Under the pieces are notes generated by a model, which saw nothing but the letters and a program-made list of their open reading frames with translations, was not told the origin of the DNA and did not search any database. The position numbers and the translations under genes were made by a program. From positions 1-44,222 of the forward strand of contig JBMFSK010000003.1 in NCBI GenBank assembly GCA_049967595.1: DNA of 44,222 bases, written 5' to 3'. Positions within the stretch are counted from its first letter, which is position 1. The number at the start of each line of letters is the position of its first letter. Positions 1 to 10,163 of this stretch are shown one piece after another. The stretch comes from Thermoplasmata archaeon. GTDB taxonomy: Archaea > Thermoplasmatota > Thermoplasmata > Thermoplasmatales > ARK-15.

Positions 1-21
1 TCATTAAAAAAGGAAAATTTT

Positions 22-1383
22 TTAAAAAGTTTTTTCGTCATCTTTTTTAAAATTTTTTATAGGAGTATATAGCATAAGTAACATTGAAAATACTATTAAT
101 GCTAAGCCTATTGCCTCTACATACCAGGATAATGTAATAATATATATCAGAACTCCTTCTGCTCCCAAAGCTGTTCCTGACAAGAATAGATAAGAATTAA
201 AATTAACAAACTTTGAATTCTCATTTGCAAAGATCAGAAATGCAAGTAAAAGACCTGCTAAAACTGGCATAAAGAAGAAAGCAAACATTAGATGACCGTT
301 AGTGTATGCCATATCGTACAAATATCCAGGGCCTCCACTTGGAGGCAATCCCGAAGATCCAAAACCGTAGTATGCTTCGTTAAATTCTATTATATATCCA
401 ATACCAAGCATTACAAACATAGTTGCAATCCAGGTAACCAATTCAGAAATTTGTAGAAGCCTGATAGTTTTTTTGTTTGACAATATAAAATATATCCCCA
501 GGATTGAAATTAATGCTCCTATTCCAATCAAACCTGTCTGTGAATCATCAAGTGCAAGGCCATTCATACCATAAGGACCAGATGTAAATATGGCCGGAAT
601 AGAATATGTGCCGAATGAGGAGATCACGTAAAGGTATGTCATACTTATCGTTCCAAATATTGATATTACCATTCCTGCATTTATGATATTCCTTTTCCAC
701 CCGTTTAAGTTTCCGTATCCAAAAGATAGTGCTACAAGTGCGACAATTCCCCCCATCATCGCAGGAAGCATTTCATGTGAATGTGAAGTGATAAGATTTC
801 CAAGGAATGTTTGAAGGCCACCCCAGGAATTTACCATAGAATTGAATATAGGGATGGAACTATAACCATACAGGCTTCCGTATTCATATATCATGCCCAT
901 AATGGCTGCAATTCCTGCGGATATTGTAGCCAGCAATATGAGAAAATAGGCCCCCCATACTTTTTTGAAATTATCTTTGTATTTGAAAGGAAATAATAAA
1001 AGTCCTATAAAGAAAAGCAGAGTCAGAAGAAGCATCCACACATCTCTTAGGCCTTGTATTACATAATCAGCAAGCTGTGTGCTTGATGGATAAAAAAATA
1101 TCAAGCCAAGTATGTTTAAAATTATTAAAGGTATTATGCTTAAGTTTATTGCAACCAGAACCTTTTGGTTTAACTTCATTATATATGTAGCATATAATAT
1201 CAAAAGAAGTGCAAGTGGTATCATTATGGTGTGATAGTAATTAACAACATCCATGGTAAAGTCTCCAAGCTGGAACCATGTTACTCCGGGAATTAGTGGG
1301 CTAATAGCTAGCATAATCGCTGTATATGCAAGTAGAATTATTATACTAAATTTGGTATTTTTCAAAGTCATTGATATTTTCAC
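22..1383 (-). CDS. Polytopic membrane protein with intramembrane His motifs (possible heme/metal-binding; function unknown)
   Basis: About 12 hydrophobic segments; His motifs YYHTIMIP, TSHSHEML, TNGHLMF. Start set at GTG 1383 behind a GGTGAT SD (ORF track 1395; ATG 1371 also possible). Confidence 0.6.
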   Translation of the reverse strand: MKISMTLKNTKFSIIILLAYTAIMLAISPLIPGVTWFQLGDFTMDVVNYYHTIMIPLALLLILYATYIMKLNQKVLVAINLSIIPLIILNILGLIFFYPSSTQLADYVIQGLRDVWMLLLTLLFFIGLLLFPFKYKDNFKKVWGAYFLILLATISAGIAAIMGMIYEYGSLYGYSSIPIFNSMVNSWGGLQTFLGNLITSHSHEMLPAMMGGIVALVALSFGYGNLNGWKRNIINAGMVISIFGTISMTYLYVISSFGTYSIPAIFTSGPYGMNGLALDDSQTGLIGIGALISILGIYFILSNKKTIRLLQISELVTWIATMFVMLGIGYIIEFNEAYYGFGSSGLPPSGGPGYLYDMAYTNGHLMFAFFFMPVLAGLLLAFLIFANENSKFVNFNSYLFLSGTALGAEGVLIYIITLSWYVEAIGLALIVFSMLLMLYTPIKNFKKDDEKTF

Positions 1384-1444
1384 AAATATCACCAATTCTT
1401 TAATAGAATTGCAATATATAAATTTTATTTAACGAAATTCGTAA

Positions 1445-2269
1445 TTAAACTATTAATGAAAAAAGTAATAAAAATGGTATTGGTATATCAAATTTAAATA
1501 AATTGTCAACATTTAATTTATTTATGTATGGTAATCTTACAAATAAGAGAATAATAATAATTAATGAAATAATAAGCCTGATTAAAGACCCATAGGAAAA
1601 AATAATAAGAAATATAGAGGATAAAAAATAAAAGAAAGCGGTAGGCCATATTATTTTCCCATTTAATATCACGGGAATTGATTTTATGTCCATTTCTTTA
1701 TCAAATTCTCTATCCTGGTTTTGATAAATAATATCAAAGCCAGCAATCCAAAAAGAAACAAAGATCATAAGATAATATGTAGCCAGGAAATAAGGGAACA
1801 ATCCTTTGGCTCCTATATATCCACCTAAAACAATGATGCCTATGGAAAAGCCTAAAAAAATATGAGATACGGCCACAAATTTTTTTGTCTTGGGATAAAT
1901 ATAAAATAATAGAAGTATAACCGGTGCAAACAGGCCTGCCAATGTATTCAATAGAAGTGACGAAATCTCAAAAATAACTGCAGATCCAAAAAATATCAAA
2001 TATGCCTGTTTCAGAGAAATTTTTCCAGTAACAAGTTCCCTATCCTTTGTTCTAGGATTTATTTTATCCAAAGGTAAATCCTCTATTCTATTGATCACCA
2101 TACCAGCTATTCTTGCTGCAATAGCTGATATAGTGATTAAAATAAATATCTTCAAGGTGATTACATTAGCCAAAATCATGCCGACATATCCAAAAGGTAA
2201 ATCGAAAAGAGTGTGTTCTATTTTAATAAATTTTAAAAAATCTTTAAGTTTATTGTTTAACTTAATCAT
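1445..2269 (-). CDS. UbiA-family prenyltransferase (MqnP-like)
   Basis: IKIEHTLFDLPF N-terminus, NRIEDLPLDKINPRTKDR Asp-rich motif, FDIIYQNQDREFD second motif, hydrophobic; overlaps ubiD-family gene by 4 nt. Confidence 0.88.
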   Translation of the reverse strand: MIKLNNKLKDFLKFIKIEHTLFDLPFGYVGMILANVITLKIFILITISAIAARIAGMVINRIEDLPLDKINPRTKDRELVTGKISLKQAYLIFFGSAVIFEISSLLLNTLAGLFAPVILLLFYIYPKTKKFVAVSHIFLGFSIGIIVLGGYIGAKGLFPYFLATYYLMIFVSFWIAGFDIIYQNQDREFDKEMDIKSIPVILNGKIIWPTAFFYFLSSIFLIIFSYGSLIRLIISLIIIILLFVRLPYINKLNVDNLFKFDIPIPFLLLFSLIV

Positions 2270-3690
2270 AAGAATCCATATTTTCTAAATTTTTTATTTA
2301 GATTTTCATCGTTAAATTCTATTATCCTATCCGGCCAAGGTCTATCAAAACCTTCATTTTTTTCCTTCCTAGTTGCATCTATGATCATTTTTCCACCAGC
2401 GTTAGGATAGAGAGATGCATGATCAAGTGAATCCGCCACTGAAAGATTAATTAATTCTACATCCCTTATGGGATCCGTTCTAGTGGAAATGGCCCAAAAT
2501 ACTTCCCTTCTGTCCCTTATATTAATATCTTTATCGACAACGATCACATACTTTGTAAACATCATCTGGCCCATTGATAAAATGGACATTCCTACTTTTC
2601 TGCCCTGCCCGGGATATTTTTTATCAATTGAAACAATTGCTAAATTATTGAATATTCCTTCCTCCGGTAGGAATAGATCAACGATCTCAGGATTCTGGAA
2701 TTTTATTATAGGAAGGAAAATTCTTTGTATGGCATCGCCAATAATAACATCCTCATTCCATAATTTACCTACAACAGTTGCGTGGTAAATTGGTTTTTTT
2801 CTGTGAAAAATCTTTTTAACATGGAACACAGGATATTTTTCAACAGGTGTATAATAACCAGTGTGATCTCCAAAAGGCCCCTCATCCCTCATTTCATTAG
2901 GATCAACATAACCTTCTAGGATAAATTCAGCATTTGCAGGATAGTATAGATCTACTGTCTCCCCCTTTACCACTTCTAAGTTTTCCCCCATTAAAAGTCC
3001 AGCAAAAGATAGTTCATTGAAGCCCTCGGGAAGTGGTAAAATGGCGCTAAATAATACGGCTGGATGAACGCCTATCGCAACTGCAACGTCTAGTGTTTTT
3101 CCCATTTCCTTTGCTTTTAATAAGTGCATATTTCCAGTTTTCTGCATTTGCCAGTGCATACCTGTTGTTTCACCATCATACACCTGCATCCTGTATACCC
3201 CTGCATTGTATTCACCTGTTTCTGGGTTTTTTGTTATTACTACTGGCCAGGTAATATATTTACCTCCATCGTTAGGCCATGTTTTTAAAATTGGTATATC
3301 ATTTAAATCCAAATCATCACTCGATTCTTTAACAGGACCATTCCCTTTTTCTTCTAATGATAAATTTTTCAGCTCTTTAAATATTTCATAGCCCTTTAAC
3401 AAAGAAGGTTTTGAAAATATCGTGCCTATAATTCTTTCAAATATACCTACAATGTCATCAATCCTTGTTCCGAGAAGAAGTTCTAATCTTTTCATATTAC
3501 CGAAGGTATTCATAAGCACCGGAATATCTCCATCATCAACATTATTGAAAATTAATGCTGGTCCATTTTTCTTCTGTACAATGTTTGTAAGTGAAGAAAC
3601 TTCCAAATTAGATGAAAAATGATCATCTATCTCAAGAATGTCTCCATTTTTTTTAAGAATATCTATTGATCTTCTTAAGTCATTCATCAA
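2266..3690 (-). CDS. UbiD-family (prFMN-dependent) decarboxylase, menaquinone-biosynthesis MqnL-like
   Basis: WPNDGGKYIT, YNAGVYRMQ, EGPFGDHTGYY, TKYVIVVDKD and DSLDHAS motifs; coupled to UbiA-family gene. Confidence 0.9.
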   Translation of the reverse strand: MMNDLRRSIDILKKNGDILEIDDHFSSNLEVSSLTNIVQKKNGPALIFNNVDDGDIPVLMNTFGNMKRLELLLGTRIDDIVGIFERIIGTIFSKPSLLKGYEIFKELKNLSLEEKGNGPVKESSDDLDLNDIPILKTWPNDGGKYITWPVVITKNPETGEYNAGVYRMQVYDGETTGMHWQMQKTGNMHLLKAKEMGKTLDVAVAIGVHPAVLFSAILPLPEGFNELSFAGLLMGENLEVVKGETVDLYYPANAEFILEGYVDPNEMRDEGPFGDHTGYYTPVEKYPVFHVKKIFHRKKPIYHATVVGKLWNEDVIIGDAIQRIFLPIIKFQNPEIVDLFLPEEGIFNNLAIVSIDKKYPGQGRKVGMSILSMGQMMFTKYVIVVDKDINIRDRREVFWAISTRTDPIRDVELINLSVADSLDHASLYPNAGGKMIIDATRKEKNEGFDRPWPDRIIEFNDENLNKKFRKYGFL

Positions 3691-3771
3691 TTTAGAAAAA
3701 GATTAAGAGTTCATAATTTTTTGCATTAAAAATTTAGCAAATTTAATTAATAAAATAGTCAATTACAACCC

Positions 3772-4830
3772 ATGATCACAATTCTAGGAGCAGGTAATAT
3801 AGGTTATGCAATTGCAGATGATCTTAGTCAAGACTTTGATTTATCTGTTATTGATATATCAAAAAAGTCCCTTAATAGGATACCCGTGACAAAAAAGTAT
3901 CTGGGAGATGTTACCAAGAATAAGGAAATAATAGAAAAATCAGATTTAATAATATCAGCCCTTCCCGGATCAGTATCATTTGATATAATATCCAAATTAA
4001 TAAGAATGAAAAAAAATGTTATTGATGTATCTTACATGCCAGAGGATCCTTTCAGATTTGAAAGATCTGTTAAGGAAAACAAAACACTTCTAATCCCCGA
4101 TGCTGGATTTGCACCAGGGCTTAGTAACGTGATCGCTGGACATTTGTACAAAACGATGAAAAAAATTGAAAAAATAGAGATATATGTGGCAGGTTTGCCA
4201 TTAAAAAAAATACCACCTCTTTACTATACTGTAACATGGAACGTTGAAGGTTTAATTGATGAATATACAAGGCCAGCCAGAATAATAAAAAACAATAAAA
4301 TTGTATCATTGGATCCACTTGAAAACATTGAGCCATTCTGTATCTCAAGCATAGGGAGTTTTGAATCATTTTATTCTGATGGTCTAAGGACCATGCTAAA
4401 AACATTTAAAATAAAAAACATATTTGAGAAAACGCTGAGATATCCCCAACATCTGGAAAAAATTAAACTCTTGAAAGATATGGGTTATTTTTCAGATGAA
4501 AAGATAGATAATTGCGTTCCTAGAGAACTGTCAATAAAACTGTTTAAAAAGCTAGAGATAGAAACAGAGGATCTTTCAATACTTCTAGTGAGAGGTTCTA
4601 ACAAAAATACAAAGGATATATTTGTTTATGACAGATATGATAAAATGAAGCATATGACATCTATGGCTAGGATGACGGGCTACACTGCTGCAATAATTTC
4701 AAGAATAGCAATCGAGGAAGAATTTCAGGGTCTTATTCCTCCAGAAAAATTAGGTTTTAATTTGAAAATTTTTGAAAAAATAAAAAACGAGATGAAGAAA
4801 AGGGGCATTTTTCTCAATGAAACAATTTAA
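3772..4830 (+). CDS. Saccharopine dehydrogenase / lysine 6-dehydrogenase family protein
   Basis: Rossmann ILGAGNIG, DAGFAPGLSN, TWNVEGLIDEY, KTLRYPQH, SMARMTGY. Confidence 0.85.
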   Translation: MITILGAGNIGYAIADDLSQDFDLSVIDISKKSLNRIPVTKKYLGDVTKNKEIIEKSDLIISALPGSVSFDIISKLIRMKKNVIDVSYMPEDPFRFERSVKENKTLLIPDAGFAPGLSNVIAGHLYKTMKKIEKIEIYVAGLPLKKIPPLYYTVTWNVEGLIDEYTRPARIIKNNKIVSLDPLENIEPFCISSIGSFESFYSDGLRTMLKTFKIKNIFEKTLRYPQHLEKIKLLKDMGYFSDEKIDNCVPRELSIKLFKKLEIETEDLSILLVRGSNKNTKDIFVYDRYDKMKHMTSMARMTGYTAAIISRIAIEEEFQGLIPPEKLGFNLKIFEKIKNEMKKRGIFLNETI

Positions 4831-5891
4831 ATTGGGAATCTCTCAACTTCTGTTCTGTCCCAAGATGGATATTCTTCAACAATAAAAGCTGTTCCATTAA
4901 TTTCATTTTTTATTTTTTCTAGAATCCAGGGAGCAATTTCAATCCTTTTTTTGTATTCATCATAATAAATAAGATTCTCAGGAATTTGATATTCATTTCT
5001 CAATATTTGATAAAATTCTTTTGAATCTCCAGATTCTATGATACCTTTTAAAATAGTACCATCCTTCGTGATAACTTCATAATCCTTTACTACATTTTTT
5101 GCTCTCCTAAGTAATCTCCTTCTGAGCTGTATCGCATCCTTGAAGCTTGCTGAACAGTAATGAACAGTTGTTGAAAAATCATTGTTTAAAATTATTTCCC
5201 TTGCAACTTTTTCACTTCCCCATACCGCACTGCTGATATATGATTTCGTTCTGTATTTTCTAATTCTAAGGGACTCATAATTTGTTTCTGAAAATTCAAG
5301 TTCATTAAGATTTATGAAATCTATATCTAGGGATTCAGCATCCCTGATCATTTTTAATAATTCATTACCTTTATCAGGTAATACAGGTACCTCTATGCCA
5401 ACCTTAAGGCCAAAATCTTTTGATATATTTATTTTATTTTTATAGTCCGAAGATATCATATTTGGCCACAATCTAACAGGTACATGGAACCTTATTTCAT
5501 CCAAACCAGATTTTGAAAGTTTTTCTATATCATCCTTTTTGCCTGATGCTGTGTAAAGGTGAATATGATGCTTTTCTCCAAATTCATTTTTTAAAAGTTT
5601 TATGAACTCGACTGTACGATCTATCTTCTTTAATGGATCACCTCCCGTAATCCCTGTTCCCTTAGCGTCAATCAGCCTTGCCTCCTCTATTATATTTTCA
5701 TATTTTAGCACTGGCATTTCATCCGCATAAATGACATCATTATTCTTTTTTTCTTTGCTTAAAGGGCAATAAAAACATTTAAAATTACATAATCCAGTGA
5801 CAAACAAAACAAGCTTTGCACCTTCTCTGCATAAAGTACAACCTTCGGGTAATGAGCCACTGGAAAGTGAATTTCTCTCTAATTTTATCAT
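4827..5891 (-). CDS. Radical SAM protein (uncharacterised archaeal family)
   Basis: CNFKCFYC (CxxxCxxC), preceding GCTLC, GITGGDP, later VHYCS. Confidence 0.88.
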   Translation of the reverse strand: MIKLERNSLSSGSLPEGCTLCREGAKLVLFVTGLCNFKCFYCPLSKEKKNNDVIYADEMPVLKYENIIEEARLIDAKGTGITGGDPLKKIDRTVEFIKLLKNEFGEKHHIHLYTASGKKDDIEKLSKSGLDEIRFHVPVRLWPNMISSDYKNKINISKDFGLKVGIEVPVLPDKGNELLKMIRDAESLDIDFINLNELEFSETNYESLRIRKYRTKSYISSAVWGSEKVAREIILNNDFSTTVHYCSASFKDAIQLRRRLLRRAKNVVKDYEVITKDGTILKGIIESGDSKEFYQILRNEYQIPENLIYYDEYKKRIEIAPWILEKIKNEINGTAFIVEEYPSWDRTEVERFPI

Positions 5892-5991
5892 TGTATTAGC
5901 TAAATTTGCCTATCATTTAAAATTTTTCTTTCAAACAAAAATTAACATGTTAACATTAATTTTAAAATAGTCTTTTAAAATTTACTATCTA

Positions 5992-7170
5992 ATGAAATTA
6001 AAAACTTTAATATTGCCGGTATCGGGTTTTATTACGGCTATGGTGTTACTTTCATCATTATCATCCTTTATGATGTTTATACCTTATTTTTCCCATAGGT
6101 TAAATACCAATCCAGATGAAATAATCTATTTTGGAACACTCTTCTATTTTGCAGGAATGCCTTTGGGTAAAGTACTTGGTAGGTTTTTAAAATTTCATAG
6201 AAATGCAGTTTATTCTACATTAGGCATAATCTTTTTAATTTCCATAACTTTATTTTTTATGCCTTATATAAATTCTATTTCAGAACTAATTTTATTCAGA
6301 ATTTTACAGGGAATGGCAACAATACTTAATGATATATTTTCAATATCATATTCTTACCTGTTTGATGAGAAATCAAGAGTTCTAGCAAATACTATTTCTA
6401 TCTCAGGTGTCCCAAGTGGAATTGCTTTGGGATCTTCATTATCATTCATAGCTGGCATGGATATATATATCGTTTTTACAATGTTGGGCCTAATTTCTCT
6501 TTTGATTTCAATCCCGTTTATTTACCTACTGCATATAAACAGCTCCAATCTCCAGCTTTTAAAATATGATAATGCTGGTACAACAATAAGAAATCCAATT
6601 ACATGGATAATAGGATTTCTTTGGATGAGTATTGCTGGATTCAATCTTGTACTTGCATCAATAATTCCTGCTTATCTGAGCATTTATGATCCTGCTGACA
6701 TAGGAATTACAATGACAATATTTGGTGTATGGGGTGCATTAACAACAATTTTAGGCGGATTGATTGCTTATATGCTTTATCGTGGAAAATTGAGACAGAA
6801 ATCTTTGTTTGTAGTATCAATTGCGGGGTATGCTTTATCCATACCTGGTTTCCTTATTTTTACAACATATCCAAGGGGAAGTATTCTTTATCTTTCTATG
6901 TTCTTAATAATGATGGAGGGATTTGTTATTGCAATAATATTTACACTTCCTAGGCTGGTTTATAGAGAGGGATATGTTGCCAAAGGTACTTGGGAATTTT
7001 CTCTCATAGGATCAACCGGACATATAATAGCACCTTTGACATTAATTCCATTTGCATTTGTGTTCGGTTACGGTTCAGCCATTTCACTTTTAATAATATT
7101 CCCTATATATGGAATTTTAGCGTCATTATATCTAGCAAAATATTTAGAAATTAAAGGAAAACAATTTTAA
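5992..7170 (+). CDS. MFS transporter
   Basis: About 12 TM segments, LILFRILQG motif. Confidence 0.75.
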   Translation: MKLKTLILPVSGFITAMVLLSSLSSFMMFIPYFSHRLNTNPDEIIYFGTLFYFAGMPLGKVLGRFLKFHRNAVYSTLGIIFLISITLFFMPYINSISELILFRILQGMATILNDIFSISYSYLFDEKSRVLANTISISGVPSGIALGSSLSFIAGMDIYIVFTMLGLISLLISIPFIYLLHINSSNLQLLKYDNAGTTIRNPITWIIGFLWMSIAGFNLVLASIIPAYLSIYDPADIGITMTIFGVWGALTTILGGLIAYMLYRGKLRQKSLFVVSIAGYALSIPGFLIFTTYPRGSILYLSMFLIMMEGFVIAIIFTLPRLVYREGYVAKGTWEFSLIGSTGHIIAPLTLIPFAFVFGYGSAISLLIIFPIYGILASLYLAKYLEIKGKQF

Positions 7171-7197
7171 AGGAAATTGGTTTTAAGCTCTTTCAAA

Positions 7198-8373
7198 ATG
7201 GATCTAAAAAGAAAAGTACTACAGACCGTTGCTACTGTCAGTTTCCTAAGATCTTTTGGTTACGGTACACTATGGTCATTCATCGTTCTTTTTTTAACTT
7301 CGTACATGCATCTTTCACTTGCTATTGTTGGGGTTTATCTTCTTGTAGTAGGTGTAGTTGGTGCTCTTCTTCAAATAGTTTTTGGGGCAATATCGGACTC
7401 ATTTGGAAGAAAGAGGCTGATTGTAATGGGACAGGTAAGTCAGGGAGTTTCTTTCATTATATTTGGTGTTGGAATATTTTATATTTCAATTTTTATAGTA
7501 TTGATAGCTCTTTTCTTGCAGAGCATTTTCAGCGGAATGGTTTTCTCCACATTCAATGCAATGATAGCCGATGTTTTTGATGAAAATGAGCGTTTCAGGA
7601 GCTTTGGTATCCAAAGAGCAGTGGCAAATCTTGGCTGGGGTATAGGCCCGGCTATAGGTGGATTTGTTTATGATGCCCATTTTTATTCCCAATCATTCAT
7701 TCTCATGGGAATTCTGTTATCTTTAATATCCATAATATTAATCTCCATTCCTGAAACAAATGCTAAAAGAAAAATGTTCAAAATATCTGATATCCCTAGC
7801 GCTCTAATGGACAGGTCTTTTCTGATATTCAGCATTTCTGGTTTCATTAGTTTTCTTGTGTTCGGGCAATTGACAAGCACATATTCTGTTTACGAGTCTC
7901 AGGTGAATTTTATCCCTGTTTATTTCATTGGGCTCACATGGACTTTAAACGGTTTAATGGTAGGTGTTCTTCAATACCCGGCTGCTAGATTCACGAATGT
8001 AAAAAATTCATATAATTTTCTGATTTTCGGCATAATAATCTATGGATTGGGGTATTTTCTTCTTTCACTGAATTCCAGTGTATTATGGCTATTTACAGTA
8101 ATGTTAGTAATCACTACAGGTGAAATTATTTATTCTTCTAGTGCAACAGCCTCAGCCATTAATTTGGCCAAGCCTGAAGACAGGGGAAAATATTCAGGGA
8201 CATTTGGATTCTTTACTAGCATAGGCAGATCTGCAGGGCCATTCTTCGGTGGTCTTGTTTTTTCATTACAGACGGATTATACCTTTAAATGGCTTCTTAT
8301 ATTTATAAGCGCTTTAATTTCATCATTTCTCTATTTTGTTGTTTTCCGTATGAAAAATCATAAATTAAAATAA
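7198..8373 (+). CDS. MFS transporter
   Basis: MFS motif A GAISDSFGRKR, GWGIGPAIGG, about 12 TM; start moved to ATG 7198 (ORF track 7177 TTG). Confidence 0.88.
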   Translation: MDLKRKVLQTVATVSFLRSFGYGTLWSFIVLFLTSYMHLSLAIVGVYLLVVGVVGALLQIVFGAISDSFGRKRLIVMGQVSQGVSFIIFGVGIFYISIFIVLIALFLQSIFSGMVFSTFNAMIADVFDENERFRSFGIQRAVANLGWGIGPAIGGFVYDAHFYSQSFILMGILLSLISIILISIPETNAKRKMFKISDIPSALMDRSFLIFSISGFISFLVFGQLTSTYSVYESQVNFIPVYFIGLTWTLNGLMVGVLQYPAARFTNVKNSYNFLIFGIIIYGLGYFLLSLNSSVLWLFTVMLVITTGEIIYSSSATASAINLAKPEDRGKYSGTFGFFTSIGRSAGPFFGGLVFSLQTDYTFKWLLIFISALISSFLYFVVFRMKNHKLK

Positions 8374-8762
8374 TCCCTATAAATTTTGATAAGTTCTTCC
8401 GGGATTTCGATAGGATTAAAGTTTCTATCTATTGCTACTACCACTATTTCGCAAACTGCAGAAAGTTTTTTCTGGGAATCATTATAAATCTGGTACTCAT
8501 ATTTTATATGCCTTTTTCCAATTTCTTTTACAGTAATTGTTATATTTGCTGTCTCATTGAACCTCAATGGGAATTTGTAATTGCACTCAGCTTTTACCCT
8601 GGGCAAGGAAATAGTGTTTGTTGAATCAAAAGGCAATTTTATGGAATTCATAAATTCTTCTTCGGCCCTTTCACATATTCTAAAATAGTTTGAGAAATGA
8701 ACAACGCCAAGGTTGTCCGTGTCTACCCAAGCCACACGGTATTTATAGCTAAAACCAGCCAT
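8358..8762 (-). CDS. Acyl-CoA thioesterase, 4HBT/YbgC hotdog family
   Basis: RVAWVDTDNLGVVHFSNYF motif; ATG at 8762 preferred. Confidence 0.88.
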   Translation of the reverse strand: MAGFSYKYRVAWVDTDNLGVVHFSNYFRICERAEEEFMNSIKLPFDSTNTISLPRVKAECNYKFPLRFNETANITITVKEIGKRHIKYEYQIYNDSQKKLSAVCEIVVVAIDRNFNPIEIPEELIKIYRDYFNL

Positions 8763-8847
8763 GGGGAACGATAAACGGGTGGACAAGATAAATTTTTTGA
8801 AAATTGGTAAAGTAAATTTTAATAATGTTAAATAATTTTAATATTGA

Positions 8848-10110
8848 ATGAAGATAGGAAAAAATATTTCATTTTATGAGGGCGTTTTTTCTTCAATAGC
8901 AGGTGCAGGGCCGCTGGTAAATTTCGCCATCCTGATCTCCTATGCTTATATTTATGCAGGGAATTTTATGTTCATAAGCTTTTCTTTTGCTTTTTTGCTG
9001 TACATCTTTTTTATGAATACCATATATCAACTATCTAAAAACAAAGTAGGCAGCGGTGTTTACTATTTGTTTTTGAAGGATCATGGCTTTTTGAAAAATT
9101 TCATCCATATCTATTTTATTTACGTATTTTCATCATTTGTATCAATCCTGCTTTTCCTAAACTTCATATTTGTTCCATTAATATTCAATGTTCCTATTAT
9201 TTTTTCATACTTAACTTTATTTTCAATTATTATTATAATCATGATTTTGATCAGGTACGGTTTTAGGTCATCTTTGTTATATATTTCAATAGGATCTTTA
9301 CTGGAAATATTATTTATTTTGATATTCAGTCTATTCCTGATCTTACACGTTAATTATATAAATTTAAAATATCCTTCATTTTTTGATCCGGAAGGCATTT
9401 TTATAGGTTCGCTTTTTTCTGTTCTTGTTTTTGCAGGGATAGGGTCTACTGTAAGCTTCGGTGACGTAATAAAAAATCCATATGTGAACGTTAAAAAGTC
9501 CATTTTCACTTCCACAATGATAGAGGGTACAGTATTCATATTTGCATCACTTGCCGTTTCTTTGTTTTTGTTATCGGAAAATATTTTTATTCTACCAAAG
9601 ATGAATATACCTATATGGGGCCTTGTTGGCAAATTCAGAATTTTTTTTATTCCATTTTCAATTCTCTTATTGAACAGCTTTTTTTCAATACTGGTTATTT
9701 ATGGAATTTCATTGTCCAGGACATTTCACAGGACTTATGAAAAGAATATTTCATACGAAAAATCATTATACATTTCATTTTTAATAATTTTTTTATTAAT
9801 TTTATTTTTTATATTTTCATTTGGCCCAATAAATGGTTTTCTTCTTGCAACATCTATTGCAACATTCAACTGGCTAATTTTCCATGATTCTTTGAATTTA
9901 ATCTTGATAAAGAGATTTTACCTTGAAAAAAAGAACATTTTGAAAAATCTTTTACTCCCGGCTCTTGCCATTATTTTTTCGGCTTTAATTTTCTATTATA
10001 TGTTAATTTCATTGACATTTCCTTTTTATCTGGCCCCAATATCAACTTTAATATTATTTTTGATCTATTTCTTGTTCAAAATATTTTCAAAAATTTCAAA
10101 AAATTATTAG
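8848..10110 (+). CDS. APC-superfamily amino-acid permease (divergent)
   Basis: SIAGAGP TM1 motif, GSGVYY, FAGIGSTVSFGDVIKNPYVNVKKSI (APC TM6 and E/DxxNP loop), about 12 TM. Confidence 0.65.
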   Translation: MKIGKNISFYEGVFSSIAGAGPLVNFAILISYAYIYAGNFMFISFSFAFLLYIFFMNTIYQLSKNKVGSGVYYLFLKDHGFLKNFIHIYFIYVFSSFVSILLFLNFIFVPLIFNVPIIFSYLTLFSIIIIIMILIRYGFRSSLLYISIGSLLEILFILIFSLFLILHVNYINLKYPSFFDPEGIFIGSLFSVLVFAGIGSTVSFGDVIKNPYVNVKKSIFTSTMIEGTVFIFASLAVSLFLLSENIFILPKMNIPIWGLVGKFRIFFIPFSILLLNSFFSILVIYGISLSRTFHRTYEKNISYEKSLYISFLIIFLLILFFIFSFGPINGFLLATSIATFNWLIFHDSLNLILIKRFYLEKKNILKNLLLPALAIIFSALIFYYMLISLTFPFYLAPISTLILFLIYFLFKIFSKISKNY

Positions 10111-10133
10111 AAATTATCTATATTGTGGAAAGA

Positions 10134-10140
10134 TTTATTA
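10134..10140 (+). promoter_or_regulatory. TATA box of the beta-oxidation operon (probably leaderless transcript)
   Basis: GAAAGA-TTTATTA about 27 nt upstream of ATG 10164; no SD visible. Confidence 0.5.
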
Positions 10141-10163
10141 AATGTATTTCCATTTCGGTTTTT

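Noticed and set aside
22-1383. Bona fide cytochrome oxidase or NO reductase subunit I
   Set aside because: It lacks HPxVY and the adjacent HH pair, and has no subunit II neighbour.
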